Part shown: one piece after another, positions 49,651 to 59,815 of the stretch | Layout: every line of letters starts with the position of its first letter | How positions within the stretch are numbered: the first letter of the stretch is position 1 | NCBI GenBank assembly: GCA_026391215.1 | Contig: JAPLDX010000056.1 | Span: 107,452-171,451 of the forward strand | Direction: 5' to 3' | Length of the DNA: 64,000 nucleotides | Source: Bacteroidia bacterium | Lineage (GTDB): Bacteria; Bacteroidota; Bacteroidia; Bacteroidales; VadinHA17 | Made by a program: the position numbers and the translations under genes | Notes under the pieces: model-generated | What the model was told of the DNA's origin: nothing | The model's input: the letters and a program-made list of their open reading frames with translations, nothing else | The model's database searches: none

Positions 49651-50682
49651 ATGGATGAAGAGGAATTAGTTGAGCAGCAGGAACTTTTTGAACATCACAG
49701 GTTCAGGATTGATCCGGGACAAACGATGCTCAGGATTGACAAATTCCTCTTTGACAGGATAGAAAATATTTCGAGAACACGTATCCAGAATGCAGCCAAT
49801 GCCGGCAACATTCTCGTTAATAATAATCCTGTCAAGCCAAATTACAAGGTTAAGCCAAATGACATTATACAGATCCTTCTCCCGAATCCGCCAAGAGAAA
49901 CTGAGATTATACCGGAAAATATTCCAGTTAATATTATATATGAGGATGAAGATGTTGTGGTTGTAAATAAGGATCCCGGAATGGTTGTGCATCCGGCTTA
50001 CGGTAATTATACAGGTACACTGGTCAATGCATTAATGTGGCACTTTAAGGATCTTCCGCTTTTTCAGACAGGAGAGCTCAGACCGGGGCTTGTTCACAGA
50101 ATAGATAAAGATACATCGGGCATCCTCGTAATAGCAAAAAACGAATTTGCACTTAACAGGCTTTCAAGGCAGTTCTATGAACGCACAACCGACAGAAAAT
50201 ATATTGCTCTGGTTTGGGGTGTACCGGATCCACGGGAAGGTACAATAAAGAATAATATCGGGAGGAGTGTCTGCAACAGGAAGGTAATGCAGGTATTCCC
50301 GGACGGAAGCAAAGGGAAAACAGCAGTGACCCATTATAAGATCGTTGAGGATCTTGGTTATATTTCAATGGTTGAATGCAAGCTTGAAACAGGACGCACA
50401 CACCAGATAAGGGTACATTTCAGCTATATTAAACATCCTCTGTTCAATGATGATGAATATGGAGGGGACAGGATACTAAAGGGGACCACATTCAGCAGAT
50501 ACCAGCAATTCATAAGGAATTGTTTTAAGATCCTGCCAAGACAGGCTCTTCATGCAAAATCTCTGGCTTTCAATCATCCGGTCTCAGGGAAACGCCTTTT
50601 CTTCGATTCAGAGCTCCCTGGTGATATGAAACAGGTTATCGAAAAATGGAGAATATATATTTCTGGAAGAGAAAAAAATTAA
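49651..50682 (+). CDS. rluD: RluA/RluD-family 23S rRNA pseudouridine synthase
   Basis: S4 domain, VNKDPGMVVHP, HRIDKDTSG, LETGRTHQIRVH, QALHA. Confidence 0.93.
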   Translation: MDEEELVEQQELFEHHRFRIDPGQTMLRIDKFLFDRIENISRTRIQNAANAGNILVNNNPVKPNYKVKPNDIIQILLPNPPRETEIIPENIPVNIIYEDEDVVVVNKDPGMVVHPAYGNYTGTLVNALMWHFKDLPLFQTGELRPGLVHRIDKDTSGILVIAKNEFALNRLSRQFYERTTDRKYIALVWGVPDPREGTIKNNIGRSVCNRKVMQVFPDGSKGKTAVTHYKIVEDLGYISMVECKLETGRTHQIRVHFSYIKHPLFNDDEYGGDRILKGTTFSRYQQFIRNCFKILPRQALHAKSLAFNHPVSGKRLFFDSELPGDMKQVIEKWRIYISGREKN

Positions 50683-50776
50683 CCGCAAAGATCGCAGAGG
50701 ATTGCAAAGGTCGCAAAGGAAACTGAAGAAGTCTTCTTTGCGTGCTTTGCGCCTGCTTAGCGTACTTTGCGGTTAA
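50679..50776. repeat. Miniature inverted-repeat element with internal CGCAAAG subrepeats
   Basis: 12-bp perfect terminal inverted repeat TTAACCGCAAAG...CTTTGCGGTTAA; four (C)GCA(A/G)AG units on the left and four CTT(T/A)GCG units on the right. Confidence 0.85.
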
Positions 50777-50790
50777 ATTACCTTATTCTT

Positions 50791-51597
50791 TTACCAGCTT
50801 CCGCCGGCGCCGCCGCCTCCGAAGCTGCCACCGCCAAAGCCTCCGAAACCTCCTCCTCCGCCGCCTCCGGAAAATCCGCCCCAGCTGCCACCATGACTGC
50901 CACGTCCGGAATTCATCATGGACAGCAGGAGCCAGAGAGGCAATCCTTTACCGCTTATATGTCTCTGGTTCTTCCCACCCTTACTCCGCATGGATATAAT
51001 CATAATAATGATTATTACTATGATGATAAAAGGAACCAGGCCATTAAAATCATCCTTGCCTTTTTTGCCATACTGATCTGCTGTGAATTCTCCACTCGCC
51101 AGAGCCATCAGGGTTGTCGTAGCTTTATCAAGGCCTCCATAGTAATCCCCGTTGCGGAATGCCGGAAGTATCTCATCATCAATTATTTCTTCACATAAAA
51201 GATCAGGAATAACCCCCTCAAGACCATAACCTGGTGCAATAAATACCTGTCCTGATGAAGATTCGGTTTTGGATTTGACGAGTACCAGCACACCATTATT
51301 AAGACCTTTTTGTCCGATTCCCCATTTTTCAGCAAGGCGAAAGGTATAATCAGATCTGTCATATCCGCCAAGATCCTCAACTATCACTATTGCTATCTGG
51401 GTGGAAGTAGTATCATTATATGCAACCAGCTTATTTTCAAGCGTTCTGACCTCGTTGCTGTTCAGCACTCCTGCAAAATCATTCACAAGACGCGGAGGAT
51501 AAGGTTTTTCAGGTATATCCTGTGCAGTCAGTATCCCCTCCGACAGTATGATCAGGAAAAGAATACGTGATATTGATGAAATTATATTCCTCATCAT
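50791..51597 (-). CDS. TPM domain protein with TM helix and Gly-rich tail (YgcG-like)
   Basis: VNDFAGVL, WGIGQKG..NGVL, GYGLEG..PD, GGGSFGGGGAGGSW. Confidence 0.92.
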   Translation of the reverse strand: MMRNIISSISRILFLIILSEGILTAQDIPEKPYPPRLVNDFAGVLNSNEVRTLENKLVAYNDTTSTQIAIVIVEDLGGYDRSDYTFRLAEKWGIGQKGLNNGVLVLVKSKTESSSGQVFIAPGYGLEGVIPDLLCEEIIDDEILPAFRNGDYYGGLDKATTTLMALASGEFTADQYGKKGKDDFNGLVPFIIIVIIIIMIISMRSKGGKNQRHISGKGLPLWLLLSMMNSGRGSHGGSWGGFSGGGGGGGFGGFGGGSFGGGGAGGSW

Positions 51598-52043
51598 CCT
51601 ATTACTGTATCGTCAAATGAAATGTCGTCAGGCAGCTCGTTGACATCATCCTTATGATATGGGAAATGTGATTTTAGCTGCAGACCGGCCATGAGTATTC
51701 CTTTAGTAAGACCTTCTGCAAATTTCTCCTCCCGGAAATGCTTTTCCATTATATCTTTTATGTTGTCCCAGAAATTTTCAGGCACTTTTGAATTTATTCC
51801 ATGATCCCCGATCACGGCAAATTTTCTGTTGTCCACAGCAAGGTAAAATAAGACGCCATTCCTTTCAGCGGTTTTATCCATCTTTATCTTCTTAAAGATC
51901 CATGCTGCCCTGTCAAGGACATCCCCGTCAATATGGGTTTCAATATGTACCCTTATCTCTCCGGAAGTCATATTTTCAGCTTCTTTTATAGCTGAAAGTA
52001 TGTCAGCCTGCTGCTCTTTTGTAAAAAACGATGGGGCCTTCAT
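51594..52043 (-). CDS. TPM domain protein
   Basis: AE..TSGEIRVHIE, T.ERNGVLFYLA, GD.GI, NELPD. Confidence 0.9.
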   Translation of the reverse strand: MKAPSFFTKEQQADILSAIKEAENMTSGEIRVHIETHIDGDVLDRAAWIFKKIKMDKTAERNGVLFYLAVDNRKFAVIGDHGINSKVPENFWDNIKDIMEKHFREEKFAEGLTKGILMAGLQLKSHFPYHKDDVNELPDDISFDDTVIG

Positions 52044-52064
52044 TGAATTTGATAAGGTAAAATA

Positions 52065-52667
52065 TCAGAATTTAACTTCAGGTGCCTTGTCAGCCCCCTC
52101 CATCGATTCAAAATAGGGACGGGCCGTAAATCCGAACATGCCTGCAATGAAATTTTGCGGGAATCTCTTTATGTACACATTGAAAGTCTGAGCAACCTCG
52201 TTGAATTTTCTTCTTTCAACTGATATCCTGTTTTCAGTACCTTCAAGTTCAACCTGAAGATCCCTGAAGTTCTGTGTAGCTTTAAGTTCAGGATATTTCT
52301 CAACCACAACCATAAGCCTTGAAAGTGCTGAACTCAGTTCTCCCTGGGCTTGCACAAACTGCTGCATGTTTTCAGCCGTCATCTTAGTCGGATCCAGTGT
52401 TATCTGGGTTGCCTTTGCCCTGGCTTCAATTACCTGTGTAAGAGTCTCCTGCTCAAATGCCGCAGCTCCTTTTACAGTGTTGACAAAATTCGGAATGAGG
52501 TCAGCCCTGCGCTGATATTGTGTCTCAACATTGCCCCACTGGCTTGTAACAACTTCCTGATATGTAACCATCTGATTATAAACCTTTGTACCCCAGATTA
52601 CTACACCCAGAACAATAAGTCCCAGGAACGCAACTATAATGATCGTAAGCAAACAACCTTTTTTCAT
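52065..52667 (-). CDS. lemA: LemA family protein
   Basis: QYQRRADLIPN, EKYPELKA, ELEGTENRISVERR. Confidence 0.95.
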   Translation of the reverse strand: MKKGCLLTIIIVAFLGLIVLGVVIWGTKVYNQMVTYQEVVTSQWGNVETQYQRRADLIPNFVNTVKGAAAFEQETLTQVIEARAKATQITLDPTKMTAENMQQFVQAQGELSSALSRLMVVVEKYPELKATQNFRDLQVELEGTENRISVERRKFNEVAQTFNVYIKRFPQNFIAGMFGFTARPYFESMEGADKAPEVKF

Positions 52668-52739
52668 TTTTTGACTTTTTAAAATTTTAACAAAGGTAAT
52701 ATATTAACTACATTTGATCATTAAAATCTATTATTCTTG

Positions 52740-53711
52740 ATGAGAACGATTGCAATTGCAGCCGGGGGTGATTCCTCTGAATATGAGATCTCGGTAAAGA
52801 GCGCTGAGCAGGTAAGTAAATCACTCTCAGACCGTTACATGGTCTATATAATCATGATAAGGGGCGTAAACTGGTATTGGGAAGATGAGAAGGGTCGCTA
52901 CCATTCTATCGATAAGAACGATTTTACTCTTAATGTTGATGATTCAAAAATCAGATTTGACGCTGTCTTCATTGCCATACACGGATCTCCCGGCGAGAAT
53001 GGCCTGCTGCAGGGCTATTTTGATATGCTGAAGATCCCATACACAAGCTGCGGAGCTTTTTGTTCGGCTCTCACATTCAACAAGCAGGCATGTAAGATGT
53101 CCCTGAAAGAATATAAGATACCAATGGCTGATGCAATCCTGGTGAGGAAGGGTGACCAGATTGACCCTGCAAAAATAATCAGCCGTACAGGATTACCCTG
53201 TTTTGTAAAGCCAAATGACAGCGGATCAAGTTTTGGTGTAACAAAGGTCAGTGAAGAGGGAAAGCTGTTATCTGCCATCGAAACTGCATTCAGTGAAAGC
53301 GATGAAGTCCTGATTGAGGTCTTCATGAAAGGGAGGGAAGTAGCCTGCGGTGTTGTAAAAACAGGTAATAAGACACTGGTATTGCCTGTTACTGAGATAA
53401 TCAGCAAAAATGAATTCTTTGATTACGAAGCCAAATATACCCCGGGAAAGTCAGACGAAGTTACTCCGGCTGATATGCCTCGTTCTATTACCGGCAAGAT
53501 CCAGGAATTAAGTTCAAGGATTTACGGTCTTCTTGGTTGTAAAGGAATTGTAAGGGTTGACTTTATCATAATCGACAATAAACCATTCTTCCTGGAAATC
53601 AATACGGTACCAGGGATGACTGAAGAGAGTATAATTCCGGCACAGGTAAAAGCTGCAGGAATTAGACTCGAAGATCTTTACTCGTCGGTAATCGAGGATA
53701 TCTTAAAATAG
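52740..53711 (+). CDS. ddl: D-alanine--D-alanine ligase
   Basis: GGDSSEYEIS, IHGSPGENG, VKPNDSGSS, FDYEAKY, LEINTVPGMT. Confidence 0.96.
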   Translation: MRTIAIAAGGDSSEYEISVKSAEQVSKSLSDRYMVYIIMIRGVNWYWEDEKGRYHSIDKNDFTLNVDDSKIRFDAVFIAIHGSPGENGLLQGYFDMLKIPYTSCGAFCSALTFNKQACKMSLKEYKIPMADAILVRKGDQIDPAKIISRTGLPCFVKPNDSGSSFGVTKVSEEGKLLSAIETAFSESDEVLIEVFMKGREVACGVVKTGNKTLVLPVTEIISKNEFFDYEAKYTPGKSDEVTPADMPRSITGKIQELSSRIYGLLGCKGIVRVDFIIIDNKPFFLEINTVPGMTEESIIPAQVKAAGIRLEDLYSSVIEDILK

Positions 53712-53715
53712 CGCT

Positions 53716-55110
53716 TTATTTCCCTTTAGCTTTCTCCAGGGCGCTCGTGGTGGTATAATATTTTGTGAGCATCCCGGGAACTTCCCATTCCGGCAGCTTC
53801 CCTGCCTTCAGGTATTCAAGAAACCTGGCGGTTACCTGTCCGAAATGCTCTTCATGAGTTGTTCTGTATTTACCAGGAATAATAATTTTAAGTACATTAT
53901 TAACCAGCTCTGCCTGAAGAGTGTCATATGGAAGTGTTCCCAGAACAGCTTTCAACTTTGATGTGAAATCGTTCATATCTGTTCCCTTTATCTTCTCCAC
54001 ATATAGTGTGGGAAGGTAGCCTTCCTCAGCGCCCTGTCTGATCACAAGATCACAGCCGGTGCCGTGCATGACCGAATAATGAGTATCACCTCCTCCCGGA
54101 GGGGCTTGATAATTCCAGGTGACGGATACTTTGGCCCAGATGCCTTTAAGCTGGTAGATCATTTCACCATTTGAAAAAACATACAACTTTCCATTCTTTA
54201 CGTCCTTCTGAAGATATTCCGGAAATTCATCAAGACCGGTCACTTCTTTAAACTGCTTCTTTGAAATGACTGTCGGCCATCGTTTTGCATCCGTCATAAC
54301 TACATCGTCAGGATCAAGTATCTGTTCCGGGAAGCATTCCCATTGAATAAGATCGACCAGGTGAGTTGTAACATCGACTATGCCCTCGCCCTGCTGTTCA
54401 ACATCAAAGAACCATGCCGGACGAAGCAAGGAAGTACCGGAGACGATCTTTGAAAAATGGTGCACACTGATTTTTGATACTGCCGGATCTTCCCTGGTGC
54501 CGGGTATCAGCTTGCCAAAGATTTCTTCATTCATGGATAAAAGCTTTTGAAGTATAGTCGTCACCTCATATCTTTCCGTCATGATATCATAAAGGAGTAC
54601 CCCTTTATCCTCTGCCATTATAAATGCCTGCTCCAGCTTTAGAAAAGCTTCCGGAGAGATGATCATCGGCTTATCGGCCAGCACATTAAGTCCGGCATTC
54701 AGGGATTTCAAAATGTATTCATCTTTTCTCCTGTTATTCCCTGATATTACGACAACATTCCCGGGTTTTTCCTCGAGCATTCTTTCCAGGAAATCCGGTC
54801 CTGTATAAATAATCTCCTTCCAGGCAGTCGGATCAACCGTACGGGTATTGTAAGATTTGATCCTTTCAATATGTTGCAGGTAATCAGGACCTTCCGGAGC
54901 ATACACATGTACTTCCGGAGAAACCTGATCGTACATTATTTTCTGGACCAGGGCAGCATGGAAATGACCCGGGTCGACAGTCATCAGATGAACCGGATAA
55001 CTCTTTTCCATAGAATCCTGTGATTTGCCGTCAGATTGCTTTTTTGATTTTCCTGACCCGCATGAGGTCAGGATAAGTACCGGGAGAATTAATAAAAGGG
55101 CGTTCTTCAT
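53716..55110 (-). CDS. Putative oxidoreductase lipoprotein (Gfo/Idh/MocA-like)
   Basis: Lipobox LTSC; DPGHFHAALVQK, VLADKPM, QQGEGIVDVTTHLVD. Confidence 0.75.
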   Translation of the reverse strand: MKNALLLILPVLILTSCGSGKSKKQSDGKSQDSMEKSYPVHLMTVDPGHFHAALVQKIMYDQVSPEVHVYAPEGPDYLQHIERIKSYNTRTVDPTAWKEIIYTGPDFLERMLEEKPGNVVVISGNNRRKDEYILKSLNAGLNVLADKPMIISPEAFLKLEQAFIMAEDKGVLLYDIMTERYEVTTILQKLLSMNEEIFGKLIPGTREDPAVSKISVHHFSKIVSGTSLLRPAWFFDVEQQGEGIVDVTTHLVDLIQWECFPEQILDPDDVVMTDAKRWPTVISKKQFKEVTGLDEFPEYLQKDVKNGKLYVFSNGEMIYQLKGIWAKVSVTWNYQAPPGGGDTHYSVMHGTGCDLVIRQGAEEGYLPTLYVEKIKGTDMNDFTSKLKAVLGTLPYDTLQAELVNNVLKIIIPGKYRTTHEEHFGQVTARFLEYLKAGKLPEWEVPGMLTKYYTTTSALEKAKGK

Positions 55111-55121
55111 TATCAGATACT

Positions 55122-56156
55122 TTATGAATACTTTTTTACTGCCCTGATAAAGGAGTTGATATTTGCATCTCTTACATCAGGAGACATTCCACCACCTGCC
55201 GACCAGATGATCCTGTCATGGTTACTGATCTCACCTACGGCTTTCTTAATTGCCTCTTCAACCTGTCTGGGTGTCCCGGCTGCCATCACATCTCTCGGAG
55301 GAATATTTCCAACCAGCACGACCTCAGAACCTGCAAGCTCCCTGATCTGTCCCATGGAATGATTATAAGAGAAATTGAACATATTCACTCCCATTTCCTT
55401 AAGGTTCCTGGCTGTTATCAGGCCATCAGCATCATTATGCAGGAAACGTACTTTTGCACCTGTGACTTCATATATCTTTTTGAAATAAGGTATCACAAAT
55501 TCCTTAAATTCAGTTTCGCCTACAAATCCAATAATATCGTCAAGTATCAATACCCCGTCAATTGACGGGAAGCATTCTCTCTGCCATTTGAGCCAGTCGC
55601 AGATAAAATCAGTGACTTTTTTCAGAATTCTGTGTGAACCCTCCGGGTCGAGTGCAAGAGCCATCATGAACTCAGTTGTACCCATAAGAAAACTGGAAAT
55701 ATTAAGAGGCCCCCTTGCAACAGCAAACCTGATCTGATGATCAGCGTCCTTTATTGCTTTTTCATTGTTCTTCAACCTGCTTATCATAAAGGGCAGCAGT
55801 CCGTCGGTCCTGACATTTGGTTGTGGCAGCGAATCGGCACCCCCGGTACCTGAAAGAATTCTTTCGGCATGAGGAAGGTTTTCCTCAAGGAAGATCATCC
55901 TTGATCCGAATGCAGAAGGCTCAGTACACATACCATATTCTGACCAGAAACCCGGCATGAACCATACTTCAGGAAAAGAGTTGACTGCTTTCAGATTTGA
56001 TTTCAGCCAGAGTTCATCCGAGGAATAGTAATCAATTATGGAAATTCCATACCAGCCCGGTATCCAGGGACTGTCAATAATAAATCCTGTTGGCTGATAA
56101 TTTAATTTCTTTCCATCAATCAGCCTGATCAGGTCATCCCATGAAGAGTTGCGCAT
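55122..56156 (-). CDS. Uroporphyrinogen decarboxylase / MtaA-CmuA superfamily protein
   Basis: RGPLNISSFLMG, LDD..G.V....F.EF..PY, LVGNIPP, GTP..V TIM-barrel pattern. Confidence 0.8.
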   Translation of the reverse strand: MRNSSWDDLIRLIDGKKLNYQPTGFIIDSPWIPGWYGISIIDYYSSDELWLKSNLKAVNSFPEVWFMPGFWSEYGMCTEPSAFGSRMIFLEENLPHAERILSGTGGADSLPQPNVRTDGLLPFMISRLKNNEKAIKDADHQIRFAVARGPLNISSFLMGTTEFMMALALDPEGSHRILKKVTDFICDWLKWQRECFPSIDGVLILDDIIGFVGETEFKEFVIPYFKKIYEVTGAKVRFLHNDADGLITARNLKEMGVNMFNFSYNHSMGQIRELAGSEVVLVGNIPPRDVMAAGTPRQVEEAIKKAVGEISNHDRIIWSAGGGMSPDVRDANINSFIRAVKKYS

Positions 56157-56253
56157 AGTAAAAACAATAAATATATGTCAGAAAAATATAAACGAATAAA
56201 TTTGACAGTTAATTTATTCAAAAAAAATTAATTACGCCTTATTTTCTCCGGTT

Positions 56254-59139
56254 TTATGATTTTAATGTATCCATCCTGTATGAATCTATAGGATCACAGG
56301 TACATACAAGATTGCGATCACCATACCCGTCATCGATACGGCCGACTGTTGGCCAGAATTTGTTCTCAATGATCCATTTAACAGGGAATGCAGCTTTCTG
56401 ACGGTCATATTTATGGTTCCATTCAATAGCAGTTACAACCCTGACGGTATGGGGAGCATTATGAAGCACATTATCTTCTCTGTCAGCAATACCATCTTTT
56501 ATCTCCTGTATCTCATGAAAAATGGATTTCATAGCTGCTATGAATTTATCCAGCTCCTGAAGTGATTCAGATTCAGTTGGTTCCACCATCAATGTCCCGT
56601 GCACAGGAAATGACAGCGTTGGTGCATGGAAGCCGTAATCCATCAGCCTCTTGGCAATATCGGATTCTGTGATCCCAACCTCTGCTTTAAAATTCCTGCA
56701 ATCAAGGATCATTTCATGAGCGACAAATCCTGTCGTTCCTGTATAAAGAGTTTTATACCAGTCTTTCAGTGAAGCGGCGATATAATTTGCATTCAAAATA
56801 GCAATTTTTGTTGCTTCTGTAAGACCGTCCGGTCCCATCATCAGAACATAGGCGTGAGATATGGTGAGTACATGAGCGCTCCCGAAAGGAGCTGCTGCAA
56901 CAGCTGTAGTACCATGACTTCCGCCTGTATTTACATGCGGGTGCGATGGCAGGAATTCAGCCAGCCTGTCATTGGTAAGGATCGGTCCCATTCCCGGTCC
57001 ACCGCCTCCATGAGGTATTGCAAAGGTCTTGTGAAGGTTAAGATGACACACATCGGCCCCTATAAATCCGGGACTGGTAAGCCCTACCTGGGCATTCATG
57101 TTTGCACCATCCATATATACAAGGCCGCCGCATGCATGTACAATCTCAGATATTTCAGTCACTGCTTCTTCAAAAACACCATGTGTTGAAGGATAGGTTA
57201 TCATTAAGGCAGCCAGCTTTTCCTTATTCTCTTCAGCCTTTTTCTTCAGATCACCAACGTTAATATTCCCCTTTTCATCGCATTCAACAACAACAACCTG
57301 CATACCTGCCATCACTGCGCTTGCCGGGTTTGTACCATGGGCCGAGGAAGGAATAAGTACAACGTTCCTTTGAGCTTCACCCCTGCTGTGATGATATTCC
57401 CTTATCACCATAAGTCCGGCATACTCACCGGCAGCCCCTGAATTTGGCTGAAATGAAACTGCTGAAAAACCTGTTATTTCCTTTAACGCCTCACCCAGCT
57501 CATCCATCAGCTGATAATATCCCTGAGCCTGATCTTTCGGAACAAACGGGTGGATATTGGCAAATTCCGGCCAGCTCATTGCAAACATTGAGGTTGCAGG
57601 ATTCAGCTTCATTGTACATGAGCCAAGAGATATCATGCTGTGAGTCAGAGATATATCTTTTCTCTCCAGCATTTTTATATACCGCATCATTTCTGTTTCG
57701 CTGTGATACCGGTTAAAAGTTGAGGCTTTAAGAAATTGTGAATTTCTCAGGAATTTTTCATCAATGCATTTACAGTCATAATAGGAATTTACAGGTTTAA
57801 ATTCTTTACCTGCTGCCTTTGCAAAGACCTCAATAATATTGCTGATCTCAGCGAAAGAAGTTATCTCATCGGTGCTGATGCTGACAGAATTCTCATCAGG
57901 GTAAAAGAAGTTCATACCTGCAGCTTCTGAAAGTTTTTTAATCTCTTTGGAGGATTTGTCCTCCGGTAATTGAACTTTGATTGTGTCAAAAAAACCTTTA
58001 TTTATCTGATTATACCCGAGTTTTTTAAGTGAATGGCATAATGTACAGGCTGATTTATGGATATGTGTTGCAATTTTTTTCAACCCTTCCGGACCATGGT
58101 ACAAGGCATACATACTACTCATGGTTGCAAGGAGTGCCTGTGCCGTGCAGATATTTGATGTAGCCCTCTCCCTTTTGATATGCTGCTCTCTTGTCTGAAG
58201 CGCCATTCTTAATGCAGCATTTCCCTGTGCATCAACTGACACTCCGATGATCCGTCCCGGCATGCTTCGTTTCAGCTCATCTCTTGTTGCAAAGTAGCCT
58301 GCATGAGGCCCTCCGAAGCTCATTGGCAGTCCAAACCGCTGGTTTGAGCCGACAACGATATCTGCGCCCCATTCTCCGGGAGGAGTAAGTATCACCAGGC
58401 TCATCAGGTCAGCTGCCACGCCCACCAGGGCTCCCGCAGCATGAGCCTTTCCGGTAAACTCCTGATAATCCTTTATTTGTCCCGATGCAGCCGGATATTG
58501 AACAAAGCCTCCAAAAACCATTTCATTGAACACAGCTTCATTATATTTGCCAATAATGAGCTCAATGCCCAGCGGCTTTGATCTTGTCTTGATCACGTCC
58601 AGAGTCTGAAGGAAAACATCCTCATCAACAAAGAATTTATTTGCCCCGGTTTTTACTGCTGCCCGCGACCGTGCGTTAAACATCATGATCATTGCCTCTG
58701 CGGCTGCCGTCGCTTCGTCGAGCAATGAAGCATTTGCTATCTGCATACCGGTAATTTCAATCACCATTGTCTGATAATTCAGGAGAGCTTCAAGCCTCCC
58801 TTGCGAAACTTCAGCCTGGTAAGGAGTATAGGATGTGTACCATGCAGGATTCTCAAGGACATTCCTGATAACAACTGATAACTGTGCCACACCGTAATAA
58901 CCCTGGCCTATAAATGAGCGGAACATTTTATTCCTGGCGCCAAGAGCCCTGATATGTTTAAGATATTCATATTCGCTCATGGCCTCTGGCAGCTTCAGGG
59001 GTTTCTTAAGCCTTATCTTCTGAGGGATTGTCTTGTCAATCAGCTGATCGAGGGAATCTACTCCGATAACCTTTATCATCTGAGGTAATTCATGGTCGCG
59101 CGGACCGTTATGACGGGTAACAAATTTATCTGATGCCAT
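56254..59139 (-). CDS. gcvP: Glycine dehydrogenase (decarboxylating), glycine cleavage P protein
   Basis: YTPYQAEVSQGRLE, REQHIKRERATSNICT, LGSCTMK, HLNLHKTF PLP lysine. Confidence 0.98.
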   Translation of the reverse strand: MASDKFVTRHNGPRDHELPQMIKVIGVDSLDQLIDKTIPQKIRLKKPLKLPEAMSEYEYLKHIRALGARNKMFRSFIGQGYYGVAQLSVVIRNVLENPAWYTSYTPYQAEVSQGRLEALLNYQTMVIEITGMQIANASLLDEATAAAEAMIMMFNARSRAAVKTGANKFFVDEDVFLQTLDVIKTRSKPLGIELIIGKYNEAVFNEMVFGGFVQYPAASGQIKDYQEFTGKAHAAGALVGVAADLMSLVILTPPGEWGADIVVGSNQRFGLPMSFGGPHAGYFATRDELKRSMPGRIIGVSVDAQGNAALRMALQTREQHIKRERATSNICTAQALLATMSSMYALYHGPEGLKKIATHIHKSACTLCHSLKKLGYNQINKGFFDTIKVQLPEDKSSKEIKKLSEAAGMNFFYPDENSVSISTDEITSFAEISNIIEVFAKAAGKEFKPVNSYYDCKCIDEKFLRNSQFLKASTFNRYHSETEMMRYIKMLERKDISLTHSMISLGSCTMKLNPATSMFAMSWPEFANIHPFVPKDQAQGYYQLMDELGEALKEITGFSAVSFQPNSGAAGEYAGLMVIREYHHSRGEAQRNVVLIPSSAHGTNPASAVMAGMQVVVVECDEKGNINVGDLKKKAEENKEKLAALMITYPSTHGVFEEAVTEISEIVHACGGLVYMDGANMNAQVGLTSPGFIGADVCHLNLHKTFAIPHGGGGPGMGPILTNDRLAEFLPSHPHVNTGGSHGTTAVAAAPFGSAHVLTISHAYVLMMGPDGLTEATKIAILNANYIAASLKDWYKTLYTGTTGFVAHEMILDCRNFKAEVGITESDIAKRLMDYGFHAPTLSFPVHGTLMVEPTESESLQELDKFIAAMKSIFHEIQEIKDGIADREDNVLHNAPHTVRVVTAIEWNHKYDRQKAAFPVKWIIENKFWPTVGRIDDGYGDRNLVCTCDPIDSYRMDTLKS

Positions 59140-59168
59140 ATATTAAGTTTTTCATTGTTATGATATTA

Positions 59169-59807
59169 TCATTTTCTGAAATAAGGATTGCTTTTCATTT
59201 CCATTCCAATAGTGGTCGCCTCTCCGTGACCCGGATAAACAACAGTTTCAGGAGGAAGAACAAATAATTTGCTTTGAATGCTGTCAATAAGCATACTGTG
59301 ATCTCCTCCCGGAATGTCTGTTTTCCCTATGCTGCCTGAGAAAAGAGCATCACCCGTAAAAATGGCTCCATTATTTTTGCTGTAGAATGCCAGGCTCCCC
59401 GGGGCATGACCCGGTATATGCAATGCCACAAGGATTTCTGATCCGAATGATACCGTTTGTCCGTCAGTTATAAATCCTGCCGGTTCAGGCGGACTATCCA
59501 TTGTCAGGCCAAAGAACTGAGAATACAGTACTGCATTGGTCCTGTTCATTTTTTCTTCTGAGTGGCAGTAAGCGCCAAGATTATATTTTTTAAGGAACAT
59601 TCCGTTGCCGAAAATGTGATCGAGATGACAATGAGTATTCAGAAGCAGTACCGGCTCAAGCTTCTTCCCCATAATAAAATCCGTGAGTATTTTAAATTCA
59701 TTTTCATCATAGCAGCCGCAATCGATCACTGCACATTTACCTGATTGATCTGCAAGTATATATGTATTAACCTTAATGGGTGAAAAGACAATCTTATGAA
59801 TTTCCAT
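59169..59807 (-). CDS. MBL-fold metallo-hydrolase (glyoxalase II/YcbL-like)
   Basis: THCHLDH, PGHAPG, TGDALF, YPGHG. Confidence 0.93.
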   Translation of the reverse strand: MEIHKIVFSPIKVNTYILADQSGKCAVIDCGCYDENEFKILTDFIMGKKLEPVLLLNTHCHLDHIFGNGMFLKKYNLGAYCHSEEKMNRTNAVLYSQFFGLTMDSPPEPAGFITDGQTVSFGSEILVALHIPGHAPGSLAFYSKNNGAIFTGDALFSGSIGKTDIPGGDHSMLIDSIQSKLFVLPPETVVYPGHGEATTIGMEMKSNPYFRK

Positions 59808-59815
59808 GAAACATT

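Noticed and set aside
50767-51198. Ala/Ser-rich 143-aa plus-strand ORF and GC-rich CCG repeats
   Set aside because: Antisense shadow of the Gly-rich tail of the TPM protein
59140-59168. Glycine riboswitch upstream of gcvP
   Set aside because: The intergenic gap is only 29 bp; no room for an aptamer
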